Below, one piece after another: positions 38,360 through 51,780 of a stretch of DNA of 64,000 bases. The position numbers and the translations under genes are program-made. Every line of letters begins with the position of its first letter. The first letter of the stretch is position 1. The notes beneath the pieces were generated by a model, which was not told the DNA's origin, ran no database searches, and saw nothing but the letters and a program-made list of their open reading frames with translations. Source of the stretch: Eukaryota sp. TZLM1-RC. Its lineage: Eukaryota > Protista > Metamonada: BaSk clade. The stretch covers positions 2,356,001-2,420,000 of the forward strand of contig JAUPSS010000001.1 of the NCBI GenBank assembly GCA_040285825.1, read 5' to 3'.

Positions 38360-39134
38360 AACTAAAACACTTAATAAAATTAAATCAGAACTAATGGGAA
38401 TAAATTCAAACCAAGATTTTCTCTACAAAATCCTGATCTGCTTGCTGTCTAGCTAAAGCGTCTCTTATTCGATTGAAAAACCGAGGTAATCTATTAATAA
38501 TGGCAAATTGAATCTGTGAACGCCATAAAAAAATATCAGATTTTCATTGTTTTTTCTTGTACCATTTTTTGGAAGTCATTCAAAAAAGTTTCTGCTTCAA
38601 CTGATAATCTTCCATTTATCGAAAATGGGAAAGCAATAAAAACCAGCTGTGTACTTCAATCGGCATTAGCCTCTTCAATATCTTTATCATATTTTCTATG
38701 TTTCTCTTTTGGTTTAAAATCAAGAGCAGTCACAAGATTAAGTTTTCTTCTGTGAACCAAAGTATCATTTGCAACATTACATGAAACAAAGTCAACAATA
38801 GCTTCAGAATTATCAATCCAATCACAGTATACATCACCTCTATCATCAGAACCAAAATTATTCAGAGAAAGTGTTTCCTTCAGCAGGGGCTCTTTGATAC
38901 ACGATATTTTTGCAGTTTGTGCCCTATTGAAAACAGTGTCTCTAACAGCATCATGTAATGAAGAACGATAAGTTATCAATTTAGAGCAATTCAGAGCATG
39001 GCGCAAAGTGAGTTGAGGTGAATTCGAACAAATACATTTTTCTTTTGATAATAATTGATTAATGGGGATATTCAAATATAATCTCATTTTTGTTACAAAT
39101 GCTTCATTAGTGGCACACAATCCAAATCTTCGTG
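38360..39134 (-). mobile_element. Old N1 non-LTR copy, 3' part (continues at 46308-46476 and 51530-51780)
   Basis: Homologous to the N1 3' region; contiguous across TSDs CGTG and TGTA when compared with the intact copy at 48840-49270; 3' boundary approximate. Confidence 0.85.
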
Positions 39135-39213
39135 TGTTGGCGCCCTAAGGCTTATATAATATGAATGGAAAATAAATCAGACTTTTCTTCACTACAATAG
39201 ACTTTAGGCAACA
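39135..39213 (+). repeat. 5' LTR of C2 (79 bp)
   Basis: Direct repeat of 46225-46303 (3 adjacent mismatches at positions 4-6). Confidence 0.95.
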
Positions 39214-39290
39214 ATAATTATTGGCCATTTTAAAGTCAAAAGGTATACCATAACTTCAGCATTAGTAAACATCCCCAGACACTTTACAGC

Positions 39291-42200
39291 ATGTCAGACA
39301 TCTCCCAACCAGATATCTCTGACTCTAATCCCCCACTTAACATGCAGCAGGTACCAGCGTCACACATACATGATATAGAGGGTAACGAGGCAACGGACCC
39401 GGATCCCACCTCCCCCTCCCTTAAAGTAGAAGAAGATGAAAGAGTGGACGAGGTCCCTCCATCTTCAACAACAGAAGAGGTAACGAGAACGGACCCGGCT
39501 CCCTCTCCCCTCAGGAAAAAAGAAACAGATGAGATTACGAGAACGGACCCGGCTCCCTCTCCCCTCAAAGCAATGGAAGAGGCAACGAGAACTGACCCGG
39601 CTTCCTCTCCCCTCAAGTATGTAGAATTATCCTCGGAGGCAACGAGAACGGACCCGGCTCCCTCTCCCATCCCAATTCTAGAACCTGTCTCAAAGGGAAC
39701 GGATGGAGATCCCACCTTAGACACGTCTTCCCCATTAGGAGAATATGAAGAAATTCAATCTCAACTGGATGAAATGGAGGGAGAAGACGACTCTTCTGAG
39801 GGGTTCTACAAGTTATTAAGAGAGGATGCGGAGGCTTACCTCGAACCAACAGATTTCTGTCTGTTCGAGCAGCTTCCCCCTTTATGGAGTTACATTCAAA
39901 AAAGAGGCAGAAACGTTGGTTTCCAGACTCGGAATGATTGGGGATACCCAAAAGGTATTGAAAATTCCCCTCAATGAAAGGAATGAACTCATAAAGGCAC
40001 TCGATAAACTGAGTAGAGAGACATTCGGGCGTAACGCAGAGCGCCGCCCCAGAATCTCTGGAATGGACAAGAGAATCAATGAAATGATGTCTCTTCCCAT
40101 CAAAGATAGATTGGATTGGAAGGCCTTCTTCCTAGATCAACACGGCAGGAGAATAAGGTTTCACTCCATCGAGCAGAGAAGTAGGACCGACTCGGAAGAC
40201 ATCCTACAATCCAAATTGCCTGCCTGGTTTGATCCTAACTTTGATACGGAAATCCATAATTACACGGAGCTGACAGAGGGTGCTCCCACATATTTTAGGG
40301 AATTTATGGAGCAGGAGGATAGTGGTGAACCAGACAAGCTTGAACCGGTAACACCCTGGTTTGATGCAGACGCTTTAAACAACATTCATACGGAACGATC
40401 AGCTGTATCCACGTATAGGAGCCGTCCTAACAACTACATCCAACAACATGGTAACTCGTTCACGAAACAACGAGAGTTTAGACAATGGGTAACGGGAGCT
40501 CCATCCACATCTTTCCACCTTCCCAAACTGCCTGTTGTAGTTCCCATAATTTCTGAAAAAAGCCAACCAATACAGGTCTGCTCTATTGACAGCATACCCG
40601 AACACGTTCCAACAGTGAACGCCCCGGAACCTGTAACAAGACAAGACGTTGCTCCTCAGGAAGAACCAACTTCCTCCCAACCTATGAAACGTAAAATCGG
40701 AGAAGACATAGAGTTGAACGGGCCAGTCGTTGGAGAAACGGCTCCTCCTCAACCCTCAGTAAGAAACTCTTCTTCCGACAGATCTATGCGTATTGAGGAC
40801 CTACAATCCTCAAGAAGAGCTATTGACATGAGCATAGCTAGTAGCCTTCATAGACAGATTGATCCACGGTCTAAGGATATCGACTATAAAAGACCTCGAT
40901 TATCCGCTGATGACCCTATCAACAAAATGTCTATCATAGCTTTTCTTTTAAAATATCAAACTTGGGATAAATACGGGCGAAAGATAGCTAATAGAAGCTT
41001 TGAAGCCCCAGGTCAATCAGATTGGACCAGAGCCTTTATGATAGCTACCCAGCTATTTCGAGAAGGCCAAGCAGAAATAACCCAAGATAGGATTAAAGAT
41101 CTCCCCAAACATATACGCGACGAGATCACCAGGGATACAACACAGCCTTTGGTAAGGATTGACCCAGCTATAACAGATAAGCTCGGACCCCCAATCCACC
41201 ATTATGATTTATTTAGGAGCATGATGATGAGCACTTGCCCTACAGGAATATCCAGCATGATTGACCCTAGCCTTCTATCCAGATGGCAAAGTCAAGGTTT
41301 ACTCGGTGTTGATTATACCGACGCCGACGTCATGGCATTTCTGCTAAAAAGAACACAATTCACATCATATCATGAGGCTTGTACAGCTCTAATGAAGCCT
41401 AGAATAACCTGGAGAAAAATCCACAATAGGCACGAGGCTGACAACGAGTTTGGTCGTTATGTAGAAGATTTTGGAGACGTCTTGAGAATGACCACCTACA
41501 TGACCGACCTAACCATCCCCGATTTAATTAGAGGAAGCAGTGGGTTGATAACCATATCTCCCGCTCTAATAGCCGAGTACTTTCTTATGGGTTTGGACAA
41601 CTTTGCTATATCGAGCGAACTCCTCCCAGTATGGACTAGGGAATCCTTGTGGGACTCACCGAACAGAACAACTCTACTCGATTTGATATCGACAACGAGA
41701 AGACATTTCCTCGCTTGGTGTTACACAGCAGGAAACAAGCCCACAATGGATGTACTAAGGAACAGGGCTAACGAAGAAGATATTCCTTTGGGACTGACGG
41801 CGATGAGAACTTACTCAAGGGGAGTAACACCATCAGCCCAGGCTCCATCAAAACGAGCAGGACGATCAGGAGGAAAGTCAAGAGGAACCCCTCAACACAA
41901 ATACATCCCTGAAAAGCATGAACGAGAAGGGTCAAAATTTTGTACATTCTGCAGCAACGTCGAAGGTAACAATCCTGTTGGCCACACTGTATTCGAATGC
42001 AAAGATCCTCGTTGTGCTAGAAGCAGAGTTCCCAAAGAAGAAAGATTCAGATTAGAAGAACAGGAGGCGCCTGCTAGTAGAGGCAGTGTAGAAAGGGGCC
42101 GAGGTGGCCGTGGTAGACGTGTACATAGATTCAAATTTAGAGGCCGTGGAGGCCGTTTTAGAGGTCATAAAGGAAGAGGTCAGTACAGACCTATTCATAA

Positions 42201-45200
42201 CATCAACACTACAGAGGATATATCATCAAACGCATCCCCTACTGAGTCAAAACTGACCCGTTCGAGTACGGTTCCTCACAGACGGATCAACAACAGCAAC
42301 CGGAACAGCAGGACAGGCAACTTACCTAATCGGGTACACATCAACGCAATCAAGCACAATCAATCAACAACCGATTAAGGAAACCCAGTCAACAACTTTC
42401 CAACAGCTCAACAAAATCTTTTAATTCCTCTACAAATTCACCAATCCAGCTCTGATATCAATAGTATTTTTGATATTAATTCTACGGTTAGTGAAAACCA
42501 CATCAGGTCCCAGCGTTCTCCATTTCTAAGACTGGAGATATCAATAAATGATATTAAAATGATTGCGACTATAGATTCGGCTGCGTTTTGTTCAGTTATT
42601 ACTGCAGATTTAGCTGAACAATGCCATATGTCAATCAATAGCAAGGATACCATTAAGTTCTTACCAGCTAATAACGTATCCACAAAATCGCTAGGGAGTG
42701 CAACTGGTATTCTGTCGTTCAACGTAGGAAGCATTGCGCAACAAGTTCATTATAAACATACTCTTCCCATAATCCCGGGTTCGAACAAATTATTAATAGG
42801 GACAGACATGTTAAAAGCACTTGGGCTTCAGACGGATGATGGTCTTTTCATTAGATTAGACAAAAACACCGCACTTTGCTAAATGCAGAATCAGAATTCG
42901 ACTCTAGGATCGCTCAACATTCGATTGGGAACTTAGATAACCAATCACCAAGTCCTTCTGATTTTGAGGAGCAATTAGCAAGATCTGGATGTGAGATAAA
43001 ATTAGATGATAGTAATAATAAATTAAAATTAACGAGTCTACTAAAATTATTCAGCGATGTTTTTAGTGAAACTCCTAATAGAAAAGGGATCGATTGTAAT
43101 CCTCTAACAATCCCCTTTAGAGATGAGAATGCTATAGTACACAAGCCTGCTAGACGGTTAAATCCCAGCAAAATGGAAATAGCAAACAAAATATTTGATG
43201 AACTGATCGAAATGGGTTATGCAGTTGAATCTAATTATAAATTCAGCTCTCCTATTGTCTTAGTTATATATCCTGACGGCAAGAAACCCAGGTTAACTGG
43301 AGACTTTAGTGGTAAAGATGGAGTTAATGCCCATACGATTTCAGTAGAGCCTAATCTACCTAGGATTAGTGATATTTTAGAATTTTTGAGTAGAGCAAAT
43401 TACATCGCCACGCTTGATTTACCAAAAGCTTTCTGGGAGATGAATGTAGCTGATAAGGATATTGAGAAAACATCAATCTCAATTCCTGGAAGGTCAATCA
43501 TGTTTAAAAGAGCTTGCTTCGGATTAAAGAACATCCCAGCAGTTTTTCAAAACGTAATGATGGAAATTTTTCAAATAGACGGCGTTTTCATATACTTTTA
43601 CGATATCATAATAGTTGGAACGACATTCGAAGAATTTTATAAGAGATTACAAAGAGTCCTCCAATGCGCCAGAAATAGACGTGTAAACATAGGCTTACGT
43701 AAATGTAAATTCGTAACATCAAAACACCCTATCGACATTTTAGGAAGTACCTTCCAGGATAAAACTAGATTTATTAATAAGAAAAAATCGAAGCCTTGAT
43801 GAGAATCCCTAGACCAAAAACAGTGAAAGAAGTTCGCTCATTGGTAGGATCCATCAATTATATTAGAGATTGGCTTCCAGGTATTTCTGAATTAATTGCT
43901 CCAATTAACGAGCTAATTAAAGGAAAACCCAGAATAATTAAATGGACTAGCAAGCATGACGACTACTTAAATCAAATAAAAGACTTAATATTAAACCACA
44001 TGCCCCTTGAATTACCAGCTCCGGGCAAGCGAGTATTGATAAGTACTGACGCTTCAGATGTAGCAGTAGGAGGTGTTATTTGGCAAGAAATTGAACCCTA
44101 CTCCCCTGCAGGAACCCCGCTAAATAAAAGGAAAGTAAAACCTTTGTCATTCTACCGTAGATTACCCACAGAAACACAAAAAAAATGGTCCACATTACAA
44201 AAAGAATTATATGCAATACTTTTGATTTTAACTGAAAGTTGTTTAGAAAGCTACTTGTTAACTAGACATTTAACAATTTTCACAGATCATAAAAACATTG
44301 CATTCCTGGCTACAGCCCCAGAGAAAAATAGAATTGTAAAGAGATGGCTGCCGATACTATCTGAATTCGACTTTGACATAGTCCACGAACCTGGTGAAGA
44401 CAACCATTGGGCAGATATGTTATCGAGGAATAATGATTTGGATCAAAACGAGAAAACTCCTTCTATTTGTAGCATAAATATACCAGATACTTTACTTTTA
44501 AATTACGAGATACCTCCACTAGACGATGATTCTGATTCGAATCTTGAAGACATCCCATCAATCTCATCTCTAAGTAGACACCAAGACCTACCTATTTTTT
44601 CTTCTTGGTTCTCTAAGATAAGATCCGAACAACAAATAGCCAAAAACAACAACGACTCGTTATTTGAAAATGCAATTCTAGATGAAAATACTCAAATTTG
44701 GAAAAATAATAAAAACAAAATTTTGATTCCAAAGAGCCTTAGAAAACAGGCACTACTATTAATACATGGTTTGGTTCAATCTGGTCACCCCAGTCAAAAC
44801 GATAGTTTACACAAACTATCCAAAAGCGATTTCTACTGGCCCAATATGAGAAAGGACCTCATTAATCATGTCAAAAGATGCCCAACTTGTCAAAAAACGG
44901 CTCCAGTTAAAAGATCAAAAACACCTTCCACAGGATCTTTGTGGGCAGATCGTCCTTTTGCCAGATTAAACGTCGATACAATTGGACCCCTAAATTCCGA
45001 CAACGAAGGAAATAAATATCTTTTAGTATTTGTAGACTCTTTTACTGGATATACAATTTTAGTCCCTCTAAAAGAACTCAATGCCTTAGAACCGCAGATG
45101 CCTTAATTTGGAATGTTTGTGCTATCTTTGACATACCTATGTTAATTCATAGTGATAATGGACCTGAGTTCGCCAACGAGACTTTTAAAATAGTGTGTAA

Positions 45201-46094
45201 CAGATTAGCGATTGAGACGAGTAACTCAATTCCCCACTATTCAGAAAGTAATGGACTTGTAGAACGTAAACATAGAGACGTTCTTCAATGCTTAAGGAAA
45301 CTATTAATAGATTTCAACGATTACGGAAATTGGTCTACATACGTACTTATATCCCACTATTAATAAATTCTACTAAAAGCAGAAAAACTGGTTTTACCCC
45401 ATACGAACTCATGTTCGGTTCTTCGATTAGCCCAAGAACAGACCCTGCTAATATATTAGGAAATTTATCCAAATTTGAAACTAATATCCCCTTATTTGAT
45501 GACATCAAAATGAAAAACACTCGTCTACAAGAAAAAAGGGAAGAAGCAGAGCGTCACCAAACATTAAATACTCCGTCTTCAGTAGATAATACTAATTCGT
45601 GTTTTTTAGCATTTAATATTGGTGACTATGTCTTACGTAAAACCAAGCAAAATAATAAATTGCATGGATCTTGGAATGGACCATTTTTAGTTATTGGCCT
45701 TACTTCCAAATCCACTTTATTATTGAAGAATCTTACTACTGGCACAGAATTAAAAGCTGCCAAGAAAGATTGCAAAACCTATAACGCAGAAAATCCACAG
45801 GACATTGAGTTCCTCAAGGCAGTCGCTGCAGGCGATTCCGAAAAACACGTTATAGAGAAAATCCTCTCAGAATACCACTCTGATTCAGGTAGTTTCTGTA
45901 CTGTTCAATGGTTTGGCGGTGAGACGACAGAAGAGCCACTCCATTCGGTTAGACACTCAGAAGCTTATAAGTTATTTAGTAAGGATAACAAGAAAATTGG
46001 AAAACGTACCATTAGTCGACGACAAGGTACCTCCAATGAGTCTACGCCTTCTAAGAAGCCTAGACGCAGCAATAGAATTAGGAAGAGGAGCTAA
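39291..46094 (+). pseudogene. C2 Gag-Pol with several frameshifts/stops
   Basis: ORF pieces from 39291 to 46094; RT YIDD mutated to YFYD; premature TAA at 42376. Confidence 0.9.
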
Positions 46095-46224
46095 TTCTTA
46101 GCTTATGTCGATTATTTATATTATATCGATTATATGTATTTATTATAGTTATTTCGTTATTTGTATATAGTTTTTATTTCATATTTCATATAAGCTGATT
46201 TATTTTGAAAAAGGGAAGAAGCAG

Positions 46225-46303
46225 TGTCAACGCCCTAAGGCTTATATAATATGAATGGAAAATAAATCAGACTTTTCTTCACTACAATAGACTTTAGGCA
46301 ACA
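46225..46303 (+). repeat. 3' LTR of C2 (79 bp)
   Basis: Preceded by PPT GAAAAAGGGAAGAAGCAG (46207-46224). Confidence 0.95.
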
Positions 46304-46565
46304 CGTGGTACAATGGTTACAAAAAGTGAAGAATCTGATGACTTACTTTCACAAACACCCTTTTCCAATAACAATGAGTGAAGATCTTGATTTAAAACAG
46401 CCGAGCTGCATTTATTATTATAAAGATCATTTTCATACATTCCAGTCAATCGTTTCTGTAAAGTTCGAAGAGTGTATGTTAGCTGTGGCTAAACGTGACC
46501 TTCCAATTTAGGAAGGAGGATCACGTCATCATTAATTTAAATTGTAGTTTATTTTATTTTTCATT

Positions 46566-49500
46566 TTTTTTTCATTTTTTTCTTCCTCTACATATAACCG
46601 TTTAACTTAAAACCTGGCTGAACCGAGATCATTGCTTCTATTCTTTCTTGTTGATGTCTGAATCAGTTTCTGATTCTAATGGAGTCAAAAGAAAGAACGA
46701 TAGTCAACAAGATGCTCAAGACGTCCTTTCCACCTCTCCTCCTCAACCTCTTCTCTCTTCATTTTTGGACAAAAAAAATTCTGATCAAGAATTTTTAGAC
46801 AATCACGATGAAAAAAAAGTTTGTTCAAAAACAAAGCCACGCTCCTACAGATGCTCAAAGTGTCGACAACAGGGACATAATGCTCGAACATGCCCCAATG
46901 TTGGAAAAAATGATGCGGCAAATTCTGAAACAAAATGTAAAAGAAAATTTATTAGAAGGAAAGAGTCTAAGGTAGAACCCATAAATAATGCTCCACAAGT
47001 TGTTGCAAAACCAGTTAGCAATCGATTGAAGCACAAAACTTGCAACACTTGTGGTATTTCTTTTAGAAAAAATGCAAAGGAAAAACTTCTGATCGCTGCT
47101 TGAAATGCCGCATAGTTGATAACTACCATCCTCCTATAAGAATACCTCAAGAAATTCATCCGACCAAATGCAATGAATTTGCTTTCGTTTTTCAAAGATT
47201 TTTGGATCAATTATGTAAAGGAAAGTATGCTATCAATATTATTTGGGAATTTTTTGGTTCTTTTTGTCCTCCTTTTGAACAAAATTTTGTTAATATTTCC
47301 GAAGATTTAACCAATATAGCACCGAGAAATCAGTCATCCGAGAAATTAAGTAAAATTTTTGAAGACAAATGCTTTGACAACAAATGGTCCAAGGCTTTGT
47401 CAGCTTTAAGTCCCGGAGTCAAAGCACCGAACAATGAAAATACAGTAGATAAACTGAAAATACTTCATCCTTATGAAGACCCTGTTATGGATCAAAATTT
47501 TTACGGCACATACTGGGAAAATTATCCATTGATGCCATCAGAAGTTTTTTCGGTTATCAAAAAGAGACCTCGTGGTAAGTCTGCCGGACTTTCTGGTATT
47601 ACTATTGATCATGTAAAAGCCGCGATTATTTCTTCAGAAGATTGCCTTGGTTTATTGACCAAATTTTTCAACCAAATATTATCTGGTCAACGCAAGTACC
47701 CAGAAGAATTAAGAAGTTCTCGTTTGACTGCACTTGTCAACAATTCAAAAATGGATGTTCGTCCTATTGCAGTCTCTGAGAGCTTACATAATATTTTTTC
47801 TGCGTGTTGCTTAAGCAGGTTCAATGAAAAAGCTAAAAAGATTTTATTACCCTTTCAATATGGTATAAATACTACAGATGGAGTCTCTTCAGCGATTTTT
47901 GCTACTGATGTCTTATTTCGTCAAAATGAATCCAATGTTTGCATGTCATTGGATTTTAGTAATGCTTTCAATTCGCTAAGTCGTCGCAGTATCCATGGTG
48001 CTCTATTGCAATATATGCCAGAATTAATACCATATTTTCAATCAACATATTGCACATATTCTTAATTTATTGAATTTGCACACTTGATTAAATTAAATCA
48101 TAACTAATGGGACGACTATCATTAAACCAAGATTTCCTCTACAAAATCTTGATTTGCTTGCTGTCTAGCTAAAGCTTCTCTAATTCGATTGAAAAACCGC
48201 GGTAATCTATTAATAATGGCAAATTGAATCCGTGAACGCCATAAAAAAATATCAAATCTTTTCATTGTTTTTTCTTTCACCATTTTTTGGAAGTCATCCA
48301 AAAAAGTTTCTGCTTCAACTGATAATCTTCCATTTATCGAAAATGGAAAAGCAATAAAAACCAGCTGTGTATTTCTATCAATATTTGCATCTTCAATTTC
48401 TTTATCATATTTTCTATGTTTTTCTTTTGCTTTAAAATCCAGAGCAGCCACAGGATTAAGTTTTCTTCTGTGAACCAAAGTATCGTTTGCAACATTACAT
48501 GAGACAAAGTCAACAATAGCTTCAGAATTATCAATCCAATCACAGTATACATCACCTCTATCATCAGAACTAAAATTATTCAGAGAAAGTGTTTCTTTCA
48601 GCAGGGGCTCTTTGATACACGATATCCTTGCAGTTTGTGCCATATTGAAAACAGTGTCTCTAACAGCATCATGTAATGAAGAACGATAAGTTATCAATTT
48701 AGAGCAATTTAGAGCATGGCGCAAAGTGAGTTGAGGTGAATTCGAACAAATACATTTTTCTTTTGATAATAATTGGTTAATGGGGATGTTCAAATATAAT
48801 CTCATTTTTGTTACAAATGCTTCATTAGTAGCACACAATCCAAATCTTCGTGGTACAATGGTTACAAAAAGTGAAGAATCTGACACCTTGTTTTCACAAA
48901 CACCCTTTTCCAATAACAATGAGTGAAGATCTTGATTTAAAACAGCCGAGCTGCAAATATTATTATAAAGATCTTTTCATACATTCCAGTCAATCTTTTC
49001 TGTAATGTTCGAAGAGTGTACTTCAAATTTAAAACATTTTTTTCTGGAATATTGCCATTGAATGATTGGGGAAAACATCGACCCCATTTTTCTACATCAA
49101 TTCTTGAAATTTCTTCATTTAATGCAAAAACAGTGGAACTTTGCGTTGTCATCAATAAATCTTCCCAATCTGCAAATCTTTCGGAGAACTCAAAGATTGC
49201 ATTTCTGCATCCACCAACAAAAGCACACGAGGTAAGAATAGAAGCCTTCGTCCACCCTAAACCACCATATTGTGGACTAAGGTAAGCATGATCTGGAATT
49301 TGAAACATTTTACATCCCAGTAATTGAGACAGAACTTTTGCACGTAACTCATTAAACTTTTGAGCCAAAGGTCTAGTGACGAGAGGATTTGTAGATCGAA
49401 ATATATGATTAAAATTGGAACTAAAACACAGTCTTATAATGGTAAATTTGATGTGTTTTTTTATATCTAAATTCATCATTCGGCCAATTTTGTCAGAAAT

Positions 49501-51452
49501 TGAGTTCAACTTTTCAAACAATTTTTTGGTAATTTCATCATTATTTCCTAAAAACGAACCCAAATGACGAATAGCATCAATTGAATATAATTTGGCTTGA
49601 ACATATATTCTAATTTACATTTTGGTAACAACATTTTGATTTCATCAAGTGGCGTAAAGCAAGGAGATCCGTTAGGACCTCTTTTGTTTTGTTTGGCCAT
49701 TCATCCTATTCTACTGCAAATTCAAGAGATGTTTCCTTCACTAAAAATGATTGCATATATGGATGATGTTGTGCTTATTGGTGAATTAAATATTGTGAAA
49801 AAAGCAACTGTATGTTTTAAAGAATTATTTACCAAAATTGGTCTCCGACTTAATTTACTTAAATGTGTTTTGTTATCGAATTCTCCAGTTTCCACAATAA
49901 TTGATGATATTGAAATTCAAGCCAAATTATATTCAATTGATGCTATTCGTCATTTGGGTTCGTTTTTAGGAAATAATGATGAAATTACCAAAAATTGTTT
50001 GAAAAGTTGAACTCAATTTCTGACAAAATTGACCGAATGATGAATTTAGATATAAAAAAACACATCAAATTTACCATTATAAGACTGTGTTTTAGTTCCA
50101 ATTTTAATCATATATTTCGATCTACAAATCCTCTCGTCACTAGACCTTTGGCTCAAAAGTTTAATGAGTTACGTGCAAAAGTTCTGTCTCAATTACTGGG
50201 ATGTAAAATGTTTCAAATTCCAGATCATGCTTACCTTAGTCCACAATATGGTGGTTTAGGGTGGACGAAGGCTTCTATTCTTACCTCGTGTGCTTTTGTT
50301 GGTGGATGCAGAAATGCAATCTTTGAGTTCTCCGAAAGATTTGCAGATTGGGAAGATTTATTGATGACAACGCAAAGTTCCACTGTTTTGCATTAAATGA
50401 AGAAATTTCAAGAATTGATGTAGAAAAATGGGGTCGATGTTTTCCCAATCATTCAATGGCAATATTCCAGAAAAAAATGTTTTAAATTTGAAGTACACTC
50501 TTCGAACATTACAGAAAAGATTGACTGGAATGTATGAAAAAGATCTTTATAATAATATTTGCAGCTCGGCTGTTTTAAATCAAGATCTTCACTCATTGTT
50601 ATTGGAAAAGGGTGTTTGTGAAAACAAGGTGTCAGATTCTTCACTTTTTGTAACCATTGTACCACGAAGATTTGGATTGTGTGCTACTAATGAAGCATTT
50701 GTAACAAAAATGAGATTATATTTGAACATCCCCATTAACCAATTATTATCAAAAGAAAAATGTATTTGTTCGAATTCACCTCAACTCACTTTGCGCCATG
50801 CTCTAAATTGCTCTAAATTGATAACTTATCGTTCTTCATTACATGATGCTGTTAGAGACACTGTTTTCAATATGGCACAAACTGCAAGGATATCGTGTAT
50901 CAAAGAGCCCCTGCTGAAAGAAACACTTTCTCTGAATAATTTTAGTTCTGATGATAGAGGTGATGTATACTGTGATTGGATTGATAATTCTGAAGCTATT
51001 GTTGACTTTGTCTCATGTAATGTTGCAAACGATACTTTGGTTCACAGAAGAAAACTTAATCCTGTGGCTGCTCTGGATTTTAAAGCAAAAGAAAAACATA
51101 GAAAATATGATAAAGAAATTGAAGATGCAAATATCGATAGAAATACACAGCTGGTTTTTATTGCTTTTCCATTTTCGATAAATGGAAGATTATCAGTTGA
51201 AGCAGAAACTTTTTTGGATGACTTCCAAAAAATGGTGAAAGAAAAAACAATGAAAAGATTTGATATTTTTTTATGGCGTTCACGGATTCAATTTGCCATT
51301 ATTAATAGATTACCGCGGTTTTTCAATCGAATTAGAGAAGCTTTAGCTAGACAGCAAGCAAATCAAGATTTTGTAGAGGAAATCTTGGTTTAATGATAGT
51401 CGTCCCATTAGTTATGATTTAATTTAATCAAGTGTGCAAATTCAATAAATTA
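46566..51452 (+). mobile_element. Near full-length CRE-clade non-LTR retrotransposon N1 (CCHC knuckle, RT, ZnF, RLE)
   Basis: CSKCRQQGHNARTC; SAGLSG, RPIAVSE, DFSNAFNSLSR, GVKQGDPLGPLLF, YMDD, GGLG; CIC..HALNC, HDAVRD, RGD; probable TSD ATTTTTCATT at 46556-46565 and 51453-51462. Confidence 0.9.
48062..49601 (-). mobile_element. Inverted, 5'-truncated near-identical N1 copy inserted in the RT of N1 itself
   Basis: Reverse complement of ~49916-51453; flanked by CACATATTC (48053-48061) and CATATATTC (49602-49610). Confidence 0.85.
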
Positions 51453-51529
51453 ATTTTTCATTGATTTCTTATATTCTGTCCATAAAATTCTGTTTCTGTT
51501 TATGTTAAGTGCACGAAAAGCAACATGTA

Positions 51530-51780
51530 CTTTAAATTTAAAACATTCTTTTCTGGAATATTGCCATTGAATGATTGGGGAAAGCATCGACCCCATTTTT
51601 CTGCATCAATTTTTGAAATTTCTTCATTTAATGCAAAAACAGTGGAACTTTGCGTTGCCATCAATAAATCTTCCCAATCTGCAAATCTTTCGGAAAACTC
51701 AAAGATTGCATTTCTGCATCCACCAACAAAAGCACACGAGGTAAGAATAAAAGCCTTTGTCCACCCTAAACCGCCATAAT
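51530..51780 (-). mobile_element. 5'-most remnant of the old N1 copy
   Basis: Homologous to ~49021-49270; continues 46308-46476 across the TGTA TSD. Confidence 0.8.

Larger units (their letters stand above)
39135..46303 (+). mobile_element. Ty3/Gypsy family C, copy C2, full length, decayed
   Basis: 79-bp LTRs at 39135-39213 and 46225-46303; TSD CGTG at 39131-39134 and 46304-46307; highly similar to C1. Confidence 0.96.
46477..51525 (+). mobile_element. Solo LTR E (B/D-related, ~152 bp) split into 46477-46565 and 51463-51525 by an N1 insertion
   Basis: TGTTAGC...GCAACA ends; TSD TGTA at 46473-46476 and 51526-51529; shares CACGTCATCATTA and GTGCAC..AAGC.AACA with LTR B. Confidence 0.85.
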
